Assembly (NCBI GenBank): GCA_007129495.1
Contig: SKVJ01000021.1
Location: 39,806 to 103,805, forward strand
Length of the DNA: 64,000 nucleotides
Source of the DNA: Dehalococcoidia bacterium
GTDB taxonomy: Bacteria; Chloroflexota; Dehalococcoidia; GIF9; AB-539-J10
Direction of reading: 5' to 3'
A model generated the notes under the pieces. It was not told where the DNA came from. It ran no database searches and was given only the letters and a program-made list of their open reading frames with translations. Position numbers and translations under genes: made by a program. Of the stretch, positions 36,636-46,390 are shown one piece after another. Position 1 is the first letter of the stretch. Each line of letters starts with the position of its first letter.

Positions 36636-37250
36636 ATGGGGAGCCGTGGTAAGCGAAGCGATGTAACTATACGGCAGATGGAGATAGACGACCTTTGTGA
36701 GGTCTATCGACTTGGGGAGAGACTCTTTACCAGTGAAGAGTATCCGATACTCTACCGCACGTGGGATCCTTTCGAAGTGACTGGACTGTTCACTTCCGAT
36801 CCCGAATTCTGCCTGGTGGCGGAGGTGGATGATGGTGTTGCGGGGTTCGTGCTGGCTACCACGGTGGAAAAGGAGGGAACCGCATGGAAAAGGTACGGTT
36901 ACCTGGAATGGATCGGGGTTGCCGATGGGTTTCAGCATGCCCGCCTCGGCCTGAGACTGTATCGTCGACTTGAAGAACTCTTCCGCGAGGAAGGTGTGAG
37001 GATGATAATCGCCGATACGGTAGTTGAGAACGAAAGGGCTATTGGCTTCTTCAATCGACTGGGATTCACCGCCACAGGAAAGCATATCTGGCTGACGAAG
37101 ACTCTCCGGCGTGAGGATGGAAGAGACGATCTCTCTGAAGGGAAGGTCCGCAGCGGAGGGCGGCGCACTCTCAGACGTGAGCCGCGCGTCACACCGGACA
37201 TATCCGCCACGATTCCGCCGGGTGAGGAGAAAACCGATGCCGAGCTTTGA
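36636..37250 (+). CDS. GNAT family N-acetyltransferase
   Basis: 204 aa. Contains VAGFVLAT, WIGVADGFQHARLGLRLYRRLEE and FFNRLGF. A ~45-aa basic tail overlaps the next gene by 14 nt. Confidence 0.8.
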   Translation: MGSRGKRSDVTIRQMEIDDLCEVYRLGERLFTSEEYPILYRTWDPFEVTGLFTSDPEFCLVAEVDDGVAGFVLATTVEKEGTAWKRYGYLEWIGVADGFQHARLGLRLYRRLEELFREEGVRMIIADTVVENERAIGFFNRLGFTATGKHIWLTKTLRREDGRDDLSEGKVRSGGRRTLRREPRVTPDISATIPPGEEKTDAEL

Positions 37251-38346
37251 TAGCAGCGTTAATCCCGAAAGGCTGCGCGGTTTGCTCGAGGAGATGGTCA
37301 ACATCTACAGCCCATCGGGAAAAGAAGAGGAGGTCATTGCCTTTGTTGCCCAGCATCTTCAGTCGCATGGGGTGAATGTGCGGTTGCAGGAGGTGGATGA
37401 GCAACGCTGCAACCTGATCGCCTTGCCCGGAGGACAGGACCGTATCGAACTATGCCTGGTAGGTCATGTCGATACTGTGACTGCGTACGACCTCGAAGCC
37501 TATGGCTTCGAGATGAATGGTGACGAGGTGCGTGGTTTGGGGACGGTGGACATGAAGTCGGGCTGTGCTGCGATGGTTGAGGCGTTCACCGTGCTGTGCA
37601 ATGCTGGCGAGCCTATGCCGCCGGTTGCACTGGCTCTCGTGGTGGATGAGGAAGAAGATAGCGCCGGTGCCCACACTCTTGTGGACGAGTATCACTTCCC
37701 CTGGGCTATCGTAGGCGAACCCACCGAGCTCGTGCCCTGCCTGGGGCACTATGGATATCTCGAGGTATTCTTGAGGGCGAGAGGCAAGCGAGCCCATTCG
37801 GCCGTGCCGGAAGTCGGCCAGAACGCGATTGAGGCGATGCTGCGCCTGTTGCTCCACATAACGAATTTCGCCACCTCCGAGGGATCCAGGCTTGTATATA
37901 ACATCAGAGAATTGTCGGGACTCCCCTCAGGGTTCGTCGTTCCCGACCTGTGCGAAGCGTGGCTTGACTTTCATCTGCCACCCGACATGCGCATGGATTC
38001 GCTCAAAGCGGACCTGGAGAAGATCATGGCACCGGATGCTGTCGGCCTTGCATCGCTCGATCTCTACATGAGGTTTGAAGATACGTTTGCCGGATACGAA
38101 ATCTCGCCTGAACGCGCATTTGTCAAGCGGCTGAAGCACGTCTACGAGAAAATGGGTCGTGAGTGGGACTCGCAGCTCTTTCGGAGCCACTCCGATGGCA
38201 ACGTACTGTGGGCGGCGGGGATCGATCCCATCGTGCTGGGTCCTGGGAGGCTCGATCTTGCCCACAGCCAGGACGAAGGAGTTCCGTTTGCTGAAGTTGT
38301 TGCCGCTGCCGAGCTGTATTTGAATGTCGCTCGTTCTGTGGCCTGA
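37237..38346 (+). CDS. M20 family metallopeptidase (ArgE/DapE/LysK-like deacylase)
   Basis: ORF 37111-38346. I moved the start to ATG 37237 (MPSFDSSVNPERLRGLLEEMVNIYSPSGKE). Contains GHVDTV, DMKSG and EEEDS metal-ligand motifs. Confidence 0.8.
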   Translation: MPSFDSSVNPERLRGLLEEMVNIYSPSGKEEEVIAFVAQHLQSHGVNVRLQEVDEQRCNLIALPGGQDRIELCLVGHVDTVTAYDLEAYGFEMNGDEVRGLGTVDMKSGCAAMVEAFTVLCNAGEPMPPVALALVVDEEEDSAGAHTLVDEYHFPWAIVGEPTELVPCLGHYGYLEVFLRARGKRAHSAVPEVGQNAIEAMLRLLLHITNFATSEGSRLVYNIRELSGLPSGFVVPDLCEAWLDFHLPPDMRMDSLKADLEKIMAPDAVGLASLDLYMRFEDTFAGYEISPERAFVKRLKHVYEKMGREWDSQLFRSHSDGNVLWAAGIDPIVLGPGRLDLAHSQDEGVPFAEVVAAAELYLNVARSVA

Positions 38347-38385
38347 GCCGAAACGTATATACAGCATTGAAGAGAGGACAGAACT

Positions 38386-39123
38386 ATGCATACCGTGACA
38401 ATCATCGGGACTCTTGCCGATAACTACACGTACGTGATTGAGTCGTACGGCAGTGCGGTGGTGATAGACCCCGGGGAAGCTTCTCCAGTGATGCGTTCAC
38501 TCGACAGATCGTGTGCCACACTGCTCGCCTCGGTGTGCACCCATGGCCATTTCGATCACACGGGAGGAAACGAGGAATTGCTTCGTCGCACAAGCTGTCA
38601 GGTTTTGGTACCGGGTGCATCAGATGGTGATGCGACCCTTAACATCGGCCCTTTTACGTTCACTGTACTGAGAACGCCAGGACACTCGGCCGACTCCGTC
38701 TGCCTCTACGTGCGGCCAACTGCCGAACAGCCTGGCGACCTTTTTACGGGCGATACGTTGTTCTGCGGAGGCTGTGGCCGACTGTTTACGCGGTCGCCGG
38801 AAACAATGTGGGATTCGCTACAGAAACTGGCTGTGCTGCCGCCGGATACCCGTGTGTTTTGTGGGCACGACTACATGCTGGAGAATTACGAGTTTGCCTC
38901 AGTGCTCGAGCCGGACAATGAGGAGGTTTATGCGCGATTGCAGGAGGCGCGTGCGCTGGCGGCAGATGGGAGTTTCACCGTACCATCGACCATTGCTGTG
39001 GAACGCGCCTCTAATCCCTTTCTGCGTGCCGGCGATCCCCGTATGAAACGCGCTCTCGGTATGGAGAGCTCCAGCGATGTCGAGGTATTTGCTGCGATAC
39101 GCAGAAGCAAAGACCGGTTCTGA
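38386..39123 (+). CDS. hydroxyacylglutathione hydrolase-like MBL-fold protein
   Basis: 245 aa. Contains THGHFDHTGGN, TPGHS and CGHDY. The C-terminal segment NPFLR is as found in GloB. Confidence 0.8.
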   Translation: MHTVTIIGTLADNYTYVIESYGSAVVIDPGEASPVMRSLDRSCATLLASVCTHGHFDHTGGNEELLRRTSCQVLVPGASDGDATLNIGPFTFTVLRTPGHSADSVCLYVRPTAEQPGDLFTGDTLFCGGCGRLFTRSPETMWDSLQKLAVLPPDTRVFCGHDYMLENYEFASVLEPDNEEVYARLQEARALAADGSFTVPSTIAVERASNPFLRAGDPRMKRALGMESSSDVEVFAAIRRSKDRF

Positions 39124-39130
39124 TGGAGTG

Positions 39131-39877
39131 TCAGCGCAGCAATCCCCAGATAACGTGCCACACGATGTTCGCGGATGTGTGGAGCGTGACTGTGGCGAGA
39201 TAGCCGCTGCGTCGCAGGAAATATGCGGCAACAAGCGAAAGCGACCCGTTCAGGACGAACAGCTCTGCCATCATCGGAAATGGTATATCTGAGAGCGAAT
39301 CGAATCCGAACAGCATCATAACTGCCGGGATATGTCCCAGTGAAAAGAAGACCGCGGAGAAGATGGCTGCGTTCCAGTAGACCAGACTCTCCAGCTCTCC
39401 CTTCAGCACGACATGCGATATCAACCATACCAGCAGTGGAATGAAGAAGAGGCGAAATATCATTTCCTCTCCAATGCCGGCCGTGAGCGATGCCACCAGC
39501 GAGGTAGGAAAGGGGGGATGTGGTAGTGCGCCATAGTGGTGAAAACGACTGAATATATTATCAACTACGATGAATAACAGACCCAGCCACAGTCCAACAA
39601 TGAACGGTTTGGCGAACCTCTGGTGATTCGTCACTCGTGCATCGAGTAGGTCCGGGTAGCCTAGCTTCCTTGTGAGCCGCAGTCCGACGTAACCCAAACC
39701 TCCATAGAGAAATACCACCACTGCCGCGTTGATGAGAGCGAGAGAAAGCAGGTCGGCATCCGCATCAGGCACCGCGACGTGAGGACCCTGCGGCATGAAC
39801 ATAGCCACCGCAGCCAGAATGGCGTTGAGAACGACCAGTCCTATGAAGACCAGAGTTGAAGGAGTGAGCTTGTTCAA
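39131..39877 (-). CDS. CPBP family intramembrane glutamic endopeptidase
   Basis: 248 aa. Contains GIGEEMIFRLF, FFSLGH and HTSANIVWH motifs. Confidence 0.85.
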   Translation of the reverse strand: MNKLTPSTLVFIGLVVLNAILAAVAMFMPQGPHVAVPDADADLLSLALINAAVVVFLYGGLGYVGLRLTRKLGYPDLLDARVTNHQRFAKPFIVGLWLGLLFIVVDNIFSRFHHYGALPHPPFPTSLVASLTAGIGEEMIFRLFFIPLLVWLISHVVLKGELESLVYWNAAIFSAVFFSLGHIPAVMMLFGFDSLSDIPFPMMAELFVLNGSLSLVAAYFLRRSGYLATVTLHTSANIVWHVIWGLLR

Positions 39878-40065
39878 TGGTTGCGTATTCTACCGCAGTC
39901 CACAACTCTTGCGCACCGGTGCAGGTAATGCCTGGTAACAGGATTGTCCGGGTTCCGTAGCGTCCCTGATGCGCGATCACCGCGCTTCATACTCCAGGTT
40001 GGAGACTGGTCGCGACGCGTGACAACGGGTATGATGTTGTCGGCATCGTGAGGCTGCCGTGAACG

Positions 40066-40443
40066 ATGGTTTTCTTCATGCTCCCGCAAATCGCATATGG
40101 TCTGCTCGCTGCCGGAATAGTGAGGCTCTTGCGCCGCTTCGCGATGCTCCCACGTGCGAGGATAGTTGTGGGTTGTCTCTGTGCCGGCCTTGCCGCAGGA
40201 TTGCTTGCGGCATGGATCTGGCCCGCCGACGCAGCCGCCTGGTTGAATCTGCCCGGAGTGGTGTTGGGAGACCTTGTCTATAATGGATCGATCAGGCTTC
40301 TCGGAGACCCTGCCTCAGCGCAGGCGCACTATACCGTTTCGTGGATACTGCGGGTACCCCAGGTCTATCTACTGGTCTCGACGGGGCTGTGGGGAATCAT
40401 CGGTATTGGCATACAGCTGTATTTCAATCGAAAACGGACATAA
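40066..40443 (+). CDS. hypothetical membrane protein
   Basis: 125 aa with 3-4 hydrophobic helices. No family was recognised. Confidence 0.45.
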   Translation: MVFFMLPQIAYGLLAAGIVRLLRRFAMLPRARIVVGCLCAGLAAGLLAAWIWPADAAAWLNLPGVVLGDLVYNGSIRLLGDPASAQAHYTVSWILRVPQVYLLVSTGLWGIIGIGIQLYFNRKRT

Positions 40444-41511
40444 CCGTTCGGTAGATGTGGATGGACCTTGATGGCATGCGGCCTGTGGCCTGTGCCGTCC
40501 CAGGTCATCGAGACTTCGACGCGTCCCACAACTCGGAACACAGGTCAGAGTTGTGGGATAGGCGTCAGGGTCAGCCAGAAGACCTGTTTATGGCTTTCCC
40601 CTGGTAGCCGTTGTATGACCTCTTCACAAATATGTAATCACAACGCTTGTGCGGCTGACGCGATCCTCGAAGGCGGCTATGTTGACCTGTTCCACTTCGT
40701 CCGCGACCTCATCCATGGCGGGTTCCTCGGTCTGCCTGAGACACGAGATGTTCCGGCACGGCGCTGGCCAGCGGTCCCCCGTCCGGAGTACGAGCCACGG
40801 CCAACCTCCTCGGATTATCTGAACGCGATTGAGGAAACGGTTATTCTTCTTGTTCCCGCAAGAAATTCAGATTCCTCGGGTCATTGCCAGAAGATGACAT
40901 AGTTTGTGGGGAGTGGACGCTGAGACGCACTTGAAGTGCCCGTGCTGTATGCGTTGGCTCGTAAGTCGGCACCTTGGCAAAGTGTGACTGTGACTCTGAC
41001 ATCGACGTCAACGATGCTTCATGATCTGTGCCCTATTACCGAGAGGACCGTGATTTGAGGCGGTCAACGCATATGGCGATACTCCGTTCTGGCTTGGTTT
41101 TGGCTTGAGAGCATGACGTGTCCATGCGTCATTCAGCCTCATGTCAATCACGTTTTGGCGAACAGTACATGTATACCCCCGCCTTCGTGGAAAGCCAAGG
41201 ACACCATACCTTATTCTGCTTCACGTTTGCCTCTGACGGGTGCTGTCTGGAACTCGGCGGAATTACTGAACTGTAGACTGGCCATTACTGACATTCGAAT
41301 GGCATGGCACTGATTCTCTTCCTATTGACCCCGGCTTCCTCTCCAGCTACAGTAGTGCACAGACTGGCGCCGTCGATACGGAGCACATTCATAAGGCGCC
41401 ACGAGGTACTCTACTTCTGCCGGGGATTGCACGCGGCTGCTACGTGCTGGACCGCAGGTGAAATTGTTACGTCTTCTGGAAGACAGTACGGATTATCGGG
41501 AGGTTATGGTT

Positions 41512-42726
41512 ATGGCTAAGACAACTGTTGCGCTGGTAAAGACGCCTGCACAACCAGATGATGAAGCGGTAGACGCTGCTGTCAGGAAGGCCGTGGGGCT
41601 GGCCGGTGGCCTGGCTGGCATCGTCACCAGCGGAAATACCGTCATCATCAAGCCCAACCTCGTTGTGACCAGGCCTCCAGAGACGGGCGCCACAACCGAT
41701 CCGAGAGTCTGCAAAGCTATAGCCGATATGGTTCGAGAGTTGGGAGCCCGGCCCATCATAGCTGAGTCTTCATTTGTCGGACTGGATACCGAGGAGGCAA
41801 TCCGGGTAGCTGGCTACGATGAACTCCGGAATCAGGGCTACGAGGTAGTAGACCTGAAGCAGAAGGGAATTGAGAAGGTTACCGTTCCAGTACCGGGAGG
41901 GAAAGCCCTGAAAGAGGTGTCATTGCCCAGGGTCGTCGTCGAAGCAGAGGTGATCATCAGCGTGCCTAAGATGAAGACGCACGACCAGGCTGGGGTTACG
42001 CTCGCGATCAAGAATATGAAAGGTGTGCTGTCTGACGCCTGGAAGCGCAAGTTCCACCACACCTTTGGCGTGTTTGAGAGCACAGCCGAGTTACTTATGG
42101 TGGCAAAGCCCTCCTTCTCTGTGGTCGATGGCATTATTGCCCTGCAGGGCTTAGGTCCGGCCTTTGGTGAAGCCCTGGAGATGGATCTTATTGTTGCCGG
42201 TCCCGACGCTGTGGCAGTAGATGCCGTTACCAGTGCTGTCATGGGTTTTGAGCTTCAGGAGTGCGGGTGCGTCAGGGAAGCAGCTGCATTGAATCTGGGT
42301 GTTGGTGACCTGAGGGAGATCGAGATCACGGGTGAGACCATCGACAATGTTCGATTCCGTTTCAAGCGTTCCGAAGAGGCCATTACCGAAGCGATAGAGT
42401 TCCCCCCCGGCCTCAACATCATCGTGGGCGAGAAGACATGCAGCGGTTGCAGAAATCAGCTGCTGAGTTCGCTGTTCGACTTGAAAGAGGCGAATCTGCT
42501 GGACAGCGTAGCGGGTTGGACGGTGGTATGTGGCAGGCTCGACGAGCTTCCCGACGTCACGAGTGAGCAATTGCTGCTTGTGGGAGCCTGCCTCGCCACG
42601 TTCAGGAGCTCGGGGACCTTTGTGGAAGGATGCCCACCGAACAGCCGTGACGTGATCAGAGGCTTCGGTGTGGGCGGAGCCGTTGGCATGGTGGATATCG
42701 ATGCACTGGAGGCTGAAGAAGGCTGA
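41512..42726 (+). CDS. DUF362 domain protein with C-terminal Cys-rich region
   Basis: ORF 41458-42726. I moved the start to ATG 41512, 8 nt after GGGAGG. Contains VIIKPNLV, PKMKTHDQAG and VDGIIALQGLGP, then CSGCRN...C...C. Confidence 0.8.
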   Translation: MAKTTVALVKTPAQPDDEAVDAAVRKAVGLAGGLAGIVTSGNTVIIKPNLVVTRPPETGATTDPRVCKAIADMVRELGARPIIAESSFVGLDTEEAIRVAGYDELRNQGYEVVDLKQKGIEKVTVPVPGGKALKEVSLPRVVVEAEVIISVPKMKTHDQAGVTLAIKNMKGVLSDAWKRKFHHTFGVFESTAELLMVAKPSFSVVDGIIALQGLGPAFGEALEMDLIVAGPDAVAVDAVTSAVMGFELQECGCVREAAALNLGVGDLREIEITGETIDNVRFRFKRSEEAITEAIEFPPGLNIIVGEKTCSGCRNQLLSSLFDLKEANLLDSVAGWTVVCGRLDELPDVTSEQLLLVGACLATFRSSGTFVEGCPPNSRDVIRGFGVGGAVGMVDIDALEAEEG

Positions 42727-42762
42727 CGCGTGGGAAGCGCATATCGGGGCCGAACCCGCTCT

Positions 42763-43091
42763 CTAGACGTACGGGGCTATTGAGTAACGAACCCTGGCGA
42801 CATTGATGCGGCCAAGCTGCGCGCCGCCTGCCCGGAGTTGGATGATCTTCACGTCGCGCAGGTACTTCTTCAATATGGTAGTCCCGCATGTACTGTACGA
42901 CCCGTCATCTCCATCACCAAGTTACAGACCTTCAATGCTGTGTCGGTGGCATATATCTTTGCTCCGGTGGCGCGGACGGTCTGCTCATCGCTGTGGCGGT
43001 GCGCGCAGACCTTGCGGTTGCCGAACATGCTCGCTGCCGTAAGGCAGAAGAAGCGCGAGTTCTCGACGCCGATGATCATATCGGCCGGCAT
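42763..43091 (-). pseudogene. acyl-CoA dehydrogenase C-terminal-domain remnant (frameshifted)
   Basis: GAKIYATDTALKVCNLVMEMTG (frame of ORF 42870-43091) followed, in another frame, by KKYLRDVKIIQLRAGGAQLGRINVAR* matches the ACAD C-terminal pattern. No N-terminal or middle domains lie upstream. It may extend to an ATG at 43216. Confidence 0.45.
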
Positions 43092-43261
43092 CGCTGTTTG
43101 GAGCCTTTCTTTTGTGGCGGTCGCTCAGTTTGGAAAACGAAAACGACTGCGATATGCTAGCAGCGGTTGTCGTTGAGCGCAGTGGTTGTTCCACGCATAT
43201 CTGCGGTTTTCGGCATTGTGCTCCTTCCGGCAACAAAAAGCATTTGCAGGGGGTGTTGGGT

Positions 43262-43477
43262 ATGAAAGTAACCATAGACCAGGATGGGTGCATCGAATGC
43301 GGGGCTTGCGAAGAGGCGTGTTCAGAAGTGTTCAGTGCCGGGGATGGCGAAAAGGCATCTATTGTAGAGAAGTACAGAACCGACTCACCGGCTGTTGGGG
43401 ATGTTCCTGATAACTTAGTCGACTGTGCGGAAGAGGGCGTGTCATCCTGCCCCGTTCAGGTGATTAGTACGGGCTGA
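43262..43477 (+). CDS. small single-cluster ferredoxin
   Basis: ORF 43112-43477. I moved the start to ATG 43262 (MKVTIDQDGCIECGACEEAC...SCP), which fits the CxxCxxC...CP pattern of 3Fe/4Fe ferredoxins of about 70 aa. Confidence 0.8.
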   Translation: MKVTIDQDGCIECGACEEACSEVFSAGDGEKASIVEKYRTDSPAVGDVPDNLVDCAEEGVSSCPVQVISTG

Positions 43478-43577
43478 CCGGTTCGAAGCAACTGACATAT
43501 ATAGAAGCTCTGCTTGCTATGTCAAAGATAGAACGTTCGTTGTTTGTTCTCGGTCGCTGAGGCCGCCATGCGCTTTG

Positions 43578-43619
43578 GAGTCGCGTCCTGATCCTGGGTC
43601 TCTGTGCAGGACGCGACTC
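43578..43619. terminator. hairpin between convergent genes (possible bidirectional terminator)
   Basis: GAGTCGCGTCCTG, 16 nt, then CAGGACGCGACTC, followed by TTTCG. The stem is 13 bp and the T tract is weak. Coordinates are approximate to 1-2 nt. Confidence 0.35.
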
Positions 43620-43779
43620 TTTCGCGAGGTAGCGAGAACGCGGTGACCACTTCTAAGGAGGCGACCAGCGAATCCGTGTTTTCGATTGGGGAGTTGGGCT
43701 TGTACTTCGTTACGCCTCTGATTCGGCAGCGGAGGCGTTATTGAACATCATCATCGGGAAATCTCTGCGATCATCCTGC

Positions 43780-45204
43780 TCAATATGCATGCCAGGTGTT
43801 GCTGCGCTTCTGCTTCTTGTACTCGCGGTAGAGCCAGAATCCGGCGACAATCGCACCCAGTCCGTCTGAAATCGGAATAGAAAGCCAGACCCCGTTCAAA
43901 CCGATCAGGCGCGGCAGAACGAGCACTGCTGGTATCAGGAAGAGCAGTTGACGTGTCAGGGAAAGGGTAATGGCTGTCCAGCCTTTCGACAGACCCTGGA
44001 AGGCGGTGATGAACATGATGGCTGGACCGACCAGGATGAGTGTCGAGATGAAGATGCGCAGCCCTGGTACGGCCACCGCAACCACGTCAGGGTCATCATT
44101 GAAGATGGAGACCAGTTGCGGAGTGAATACTGCCAGGAGCACACTGGCAACGCCCAACAAAACGGCGAGAGCCAGTGATACGTGTCGAACTGCCGCCCAG
44201 AGACGTTCCCAAAGACCCGCTCCGAAGCAGAACCCTACGATCGGCAGCAGGCCATGGGCAACCCCAATGATGGGCATGAAAGCGAGGTCGGCAATACGAA
44301 TCGCGATTCCGAGGGCTGCCAGCGCCACCGAACCGAAGAGCGCGACGATCCGGTTGAACATAACGAACACGATGGCCTCGGTCAGTTCCATCAGGATTGA
44401 TGGCAGGCCCACACGGTAGATCTGAATCATGACTGATATGTCAGGTTTGAGATGGTGCAGCTTCAACCGGTAGACGGATCTCCCTCCCATCAGGTAGTAG
44501 TAACTGAGTACAGCACCGAGTCCACCCGATAGTGTCGTCGCCAGACCGGCCCCGCCAACTCCCAACTCAGGGAACGGTCCCCAACCGAAAATGAGGAAAG
44601 GGTCCAGGATAGCATTCACTACAGCGCCGACTACGGTGAAAATCATCGGCTTAATGGGATCGCCAGCCGCCTGGAACAGGTTTCCTGTCATCAGGCGAAA
44701 GAGCATGAAGGGTATCCCCCATCCGAAAAAGACGAGGTAGTCCGCCGTCAGAGCGACAATGTCGGGAGGAGCCCCGAGAAGAGCCGCAAGAGGCTTGGCG
44801 AGGTAGACGCTGGCAATGATGAAAATGGTCCCGAAGAGCGCGGCAAGCGGGAAGATCTGCCCTGCTATCTGGTTGGTGGCCTCGATGTTTCTCTCGCCGA
44901 AACGCCGTGATGTTAGCGCATTGGCCCCTACACCTGAGCCGACACCAATAGCGATTACCGCGATGTAGAACGGAAATGAGATGGTTACGGCCGCGATCGC
45001 CTGATAGCTGTGCTGGCCCATCCAGAATGTATCAGCCAGGTGGTAAAGGGAAATGGTCATCATGGAGGCGATGCTCGGTGCACTGAGGCGAACGAGTAGC
45101 CTGCTTAGTCGTTCGGTGCCAAGGCGCGACGTCGACTCCTGGAGTTCACCGGCTTTTCTGTGTCCATTGTCTCCAGAGCCACCCATTGTTACATCATTCC
45201 TCAT
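43780..45204 (-). CDS. MATE family efflux transporter
   Basis: 474 aa with 12 TM helices and typical MATE repeats (SIASMMTISLYHLADTFWMG, AAGDPIKPM). Confidence 0.88.
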   Translation of the reverse strand: MRNDVTMGGSGDNGHRKAGELQESTSRLGTERLSRLLVRLSAPSIASMMTISLYHLADTFWMGQHSYQAIAAVTISFPFYIAVIAIGVGSGVGANALTSRRFGERNIEATNQIAGQIFPLAALFGTIFIIASVYLAKPLAALLGAPPDIVALTADYLVFFGWGIPFMLFRLMTGNLFQAAGDPIKPMIFTVVGAVVNAILDPFLIFGWGPFPELGVGGAGLATTLSGGLGAVLSYYYLMGGRSVYRLKLHHLKPDISVMIQIYRVGLPSILMELTEAIVFVMFNRIVALFGSVALAALGIAIRIADLAFMPIIGVAHGLLPIVGFCFGAGLWERLWAAVRHVSLALAVLLGVASVLLAVFTPQLVSIFNDDPDVVAVAVPGLRIFISTLILVGPAIMFITAFQGLSKGWTAITLSLTRQLLFLIPAVLVLPRLIGLNGVWLSIPISDGLGAIVAGFWLYREYKKQKRSNTWHAY

Positions 45205-45660
45205 TGTTCAGCAGGGCAGTCTATAAGGACAGAGACCATCCAAACGTAGAAACCGGCCTCACCCCACGCCACTGGTCTGGAGTTGTTCTGGGCCTTGTTC
45301 ACAGCTAATCGGTGGTCGGCGTGCCGGCAGAGCATCCACCTTCGATGTTTGTAGTTGGAGGATAAGGGTGATGGTTTCGCCCGTTGTCCCGTCCGTCCAG
45401 GTGTGAGTTGCGGCTTGCCTACGGCCGCCATTCGTGTCAGAAGAGCATCAAAGGCCGCATAACGGGTACACACCTGTTATGACGGCAAGTGTATGCCACC
45501 GCATGGATGTGGTCCAAACCGATGTAAGCGGCGGCACATGTGATTCATCTGTCCTCCTTCAGTCGAGTGGCAAGAGGCAGGTGCAGGAGTCTCGGCGTGC
45601 GACTTAGTACATTGTGAACGTGGGACGCTGGCCCGTTCGCTGGACCGCGAGGGTATTCAC

Positions 45661-46335
45661 CTACAGGATCCCCAGTTTCCTGTGCGACTCCTCGAACGTC
45701 TCTCCCTTGTTCAGATTGGCCATGAACTGCCCTTCAAGCTCTTCCCGGTACTGACATTCTCCGAGAACTTCCAGCGCCCTGGCCGCCGGGACGATGGCCA
45801 CGCTTGTGGCATCGGCCACCACTATGTCCCCCGGACATACGTCGATCCCGCATAGTTCAATACGCACGTTGATCGCCTCTATCTTCACTCGCGACCGCGC
45901 GCCGGTGGCGCACACATGACGTGTGTAGGCCGGGAAGCCTATACTGAGAATGTGGTCCACATCCCGGCAGCCGCCGTTGATCACCATTCCCGTTACCCCT
46001 CGTGCTTTCATGGCGGTGCATGCCAATCCACCGGCATGGGAGACTGCGCTGCCACCCAGATCGCAGATGAATACATCGCCGTTTTCCATCTGATCAATCA
46101 CGTGGCCGATGGCAAAGTCAGCGACCGTGTACGTGCCCAGCTCAGCCGCAACCGACTTGATGGTAAAGGCGGCGCCTGCGATCCTGACCTCGGGAACCAG
46201 GCAGCGCAAACCGTTGATGATTCCACTGATCTTCAAGCTGTCCAGAACGTCACTGATGGTTGCTGTTGGGATGGCCGCGAACCCATCCACGACTTCTCTG
46301 GATGGACGTGTTATCGTTCCCTCATGCATTCCCAT
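45661..46335 (-). CDS. RraA family protein (RraA / 4-hydroxy-4-methyl-2-oxoglutarate aldolase-like)
   Basis: 224 aa. Contains PTATISDVLD, GDVFICDLGG and INGGCRDVDHI. Confidence 0.8.
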   Translation of the reverse strand: MGMHEGTITRPSREVVDGFAAIPTATISDVLDSLKISGIINGLRCLVPEVRIAGAAFTIKSVAAELGTYTVADFAIGHVIDQMENGDVFICDLGGSAVSHAGGLACTAMKARGVTGMVINGGCRDVDHILSIGFPAYTRHVCATGARSRVKIEAINVRIELCGIDVCPGDIVVADATSVAIVPAARALEVLGECQYREELEGQFMANLNKGETFEESHRKLGIL

Positions 46336-46390
46336 ATCCCTCCGTTTCAGATTCCCTGCACATGAACCGGACTAGCTTGCATCCAAGAAG

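Noticed and set aside
36552-37304. 250-aa minus-strand ORF opposite the GNAT gene
   Set aside because: It is a shadow of the GNAT/M20 coding region with no family resemblance.
45201-45473. 90-aa minus-strand ORF upstream of the MATE gene with a vaguely transposase-like PGRTGQRAKP segment
   Set aside because: The similarity to IS5-type N-termini is too weak to support. There is no DDE region, no inverted repeats and no RBS.
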